A stretch of 34,406 nucleotides of DNA. Origin: Chiloscyllium plagiosum (Eukaryota). A model generated the notes under the pieces. The model worked only from the letters and a program-made list of their open reading frames with translations. It was not told the origin of the DNA and did no database searches. How positions within the stretch are numbered: position 1 is the first letter of the stretch; every line of letters starts with the position of its first letter. This document shows, piece by piece, positions 33,101-34,406 of the stretch. Both the position numbers and the translations under genes were made by a program. Location of the stretch: contig NC_057757.1 in assembly GCF_004010195.1 (NCBI RefSeq), forward strand, positions 8,717,275 to 8,751,680, written 5' to 3'.

Positions 33101-34406
33101 CTGTCAGGGTTAGTGATGTGGAGGAGTTGATCATGGTTATGCACTGTTAGAGTTACTGATGAGGAGGTGCTGAACATAGGAATGCACTGTCAGGGTGAGG
33201 AATGTGGAGGTGCCAATCTTTGGGATTCACTGACAAGGTTAGTGATGTGGAGGTGCTGACTATAGGGCTGCAATGTCAGGATTAGTGATGTGGAGGTGCT
33301 GATCATAGGGATGCACAGACAGGGTTAGTGTGGTGGAGGAGCTGATCAGAGGAATGCAGTGTCAGGGGTAGTGATGTGGAGGTGCTGATCTTAGTTTGCA
33401 CTGCCAGGGTTAGCCATGTGGAGGTGCTGATCTGAGGGATGCACTGTCTGGGTGGTTGATGTGGAGGTGCTGATCATAGGGATGCACTGTCATGGTCAGT
33501 GATGTGGAGGTGCTGATCAGAGGAATGGAGTGTCAGGGGTAGTGATGTGGAGGTGCTGATCCTAGTTTGCACTGCCAGGGTAAGTGATGTGGAGCTGCTG
33601 ATCAGAGAGATGCACTGTCCGGATTAGTGATGTGGAGGCGCTGGTCATAGGGATGCACTGTCAGTACGAGTGCTGTGGATGTGCTAATCATCGGGATGTG
33701 CTGCCAGGGTGAATTATGTGGAGGTGATCGTCATAGAGATGTACTGTCTGAGTTAGTGACGTGGAGGTGCTGATCATAAGTATGCACTATCAGGGTTAGT
33801 GATATGGAGGTGCTGATCATAGGGAAGCACTGCTAGGTTTCGTGATGCTGATCATATGGATGCACTGTTAGGGTCAGTGATGTGGTGCTGCTGATCATAT
33901 GAATGCACTGAAGGGTTAGTGATTTAGAGATGCTCATAACAGGGATGAACAGTCAGGGATAGTGATGTGGAAGTGCTGATCAAAGTGATGCACGTTCAGT
34001 GTTAGCAATGTGGAGAAGCTGATCATAGGGATGCACTGACAGGGTTAGTGAAGTGGAGGTGCTGATCTTAGGGATGCACTCTCAGGCTTAGTGATGTGGG
34101 GTTGCTGATCATAGGGATGCACTGTCAGGGTTAATGACATGGAGGTGATGATCATCGGGATGTACTGTCAGGGTTTTTGATGTGGAGGTGCTGATCATAG
34201 TGTTGCATTGTCATGGTCAGTGATGTGGATGTGCTTATCACAGGGATGCACTGTCATGGTTAATGATGCGGAGGTGCTGATCAGTGGAATGCACGCTCAG
34301 GATTAGTGACGTGGAGGTGAAGATCGTAGGCGTGCACTGTCAGGACGAGTGATGTGAAGATGCTGATCATAGGGATGCACAGACAGGGTTAATGTTGTGA
34401 AGGAAC
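30093..34406 (+). repeat. 43-bp tandem minisatellite, about 100 units (GATGTGGAGGTGCTGATCATAGGGATGCACTGTCAGGGTTAGT), running off the window end
   Basis: Period 43 (e.g. GTGG at 32221 and 32264). The ORF track has nothing beyond 30216. Confidence 0.97.

Noticed and set aside
30093..34406. CRISPR-like array
   Set aside because: Units are contiguous head-to-tail with no unique spacers, there are no cas genes, and the context is vertebrate.

Overview
Eukaryotic, repeat-dense genomic DNA from a cartilaginous fish. A carpet shark (Chiloscyllium/Hemiscyllium type) is the most likely source, inferred from the HE1/V-SINE, CR1, Penelope and satellite families present. No intact protein-coding gene is visible. 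The first 9 kb holds two tandemly duplicated, independently disabled copies of a GPR139-like class A GPCR. Exon 1 of the second copy is interrupted by a short fold-back Penelope-derived insert with a 15-bp target-site duplication (TSD) and a decayed hammerhead-ribozyme core. The window also has a degenerate tRNA-Gln(CTG), many CR1 LINE fragments, a decayed Penelope element (RT + GIY-YIG), a Tx1/L1-clade LINE 3' end, and SINEs. A 550-bp solo LTR (TG...CA, 5-bp TSD) is nested in an HE1 SINE. The right end has a 33-bp satellite that repeatedly flips orientation, a CpG-island-like promoter candidate, and about 4.3 kb of a related 43-bp minisatellite with higher-order repeats. I see no convincing wholly new biological system; the best leads are listed under findings. 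Repeat boundaries are approximate unless a TSD is quoted.
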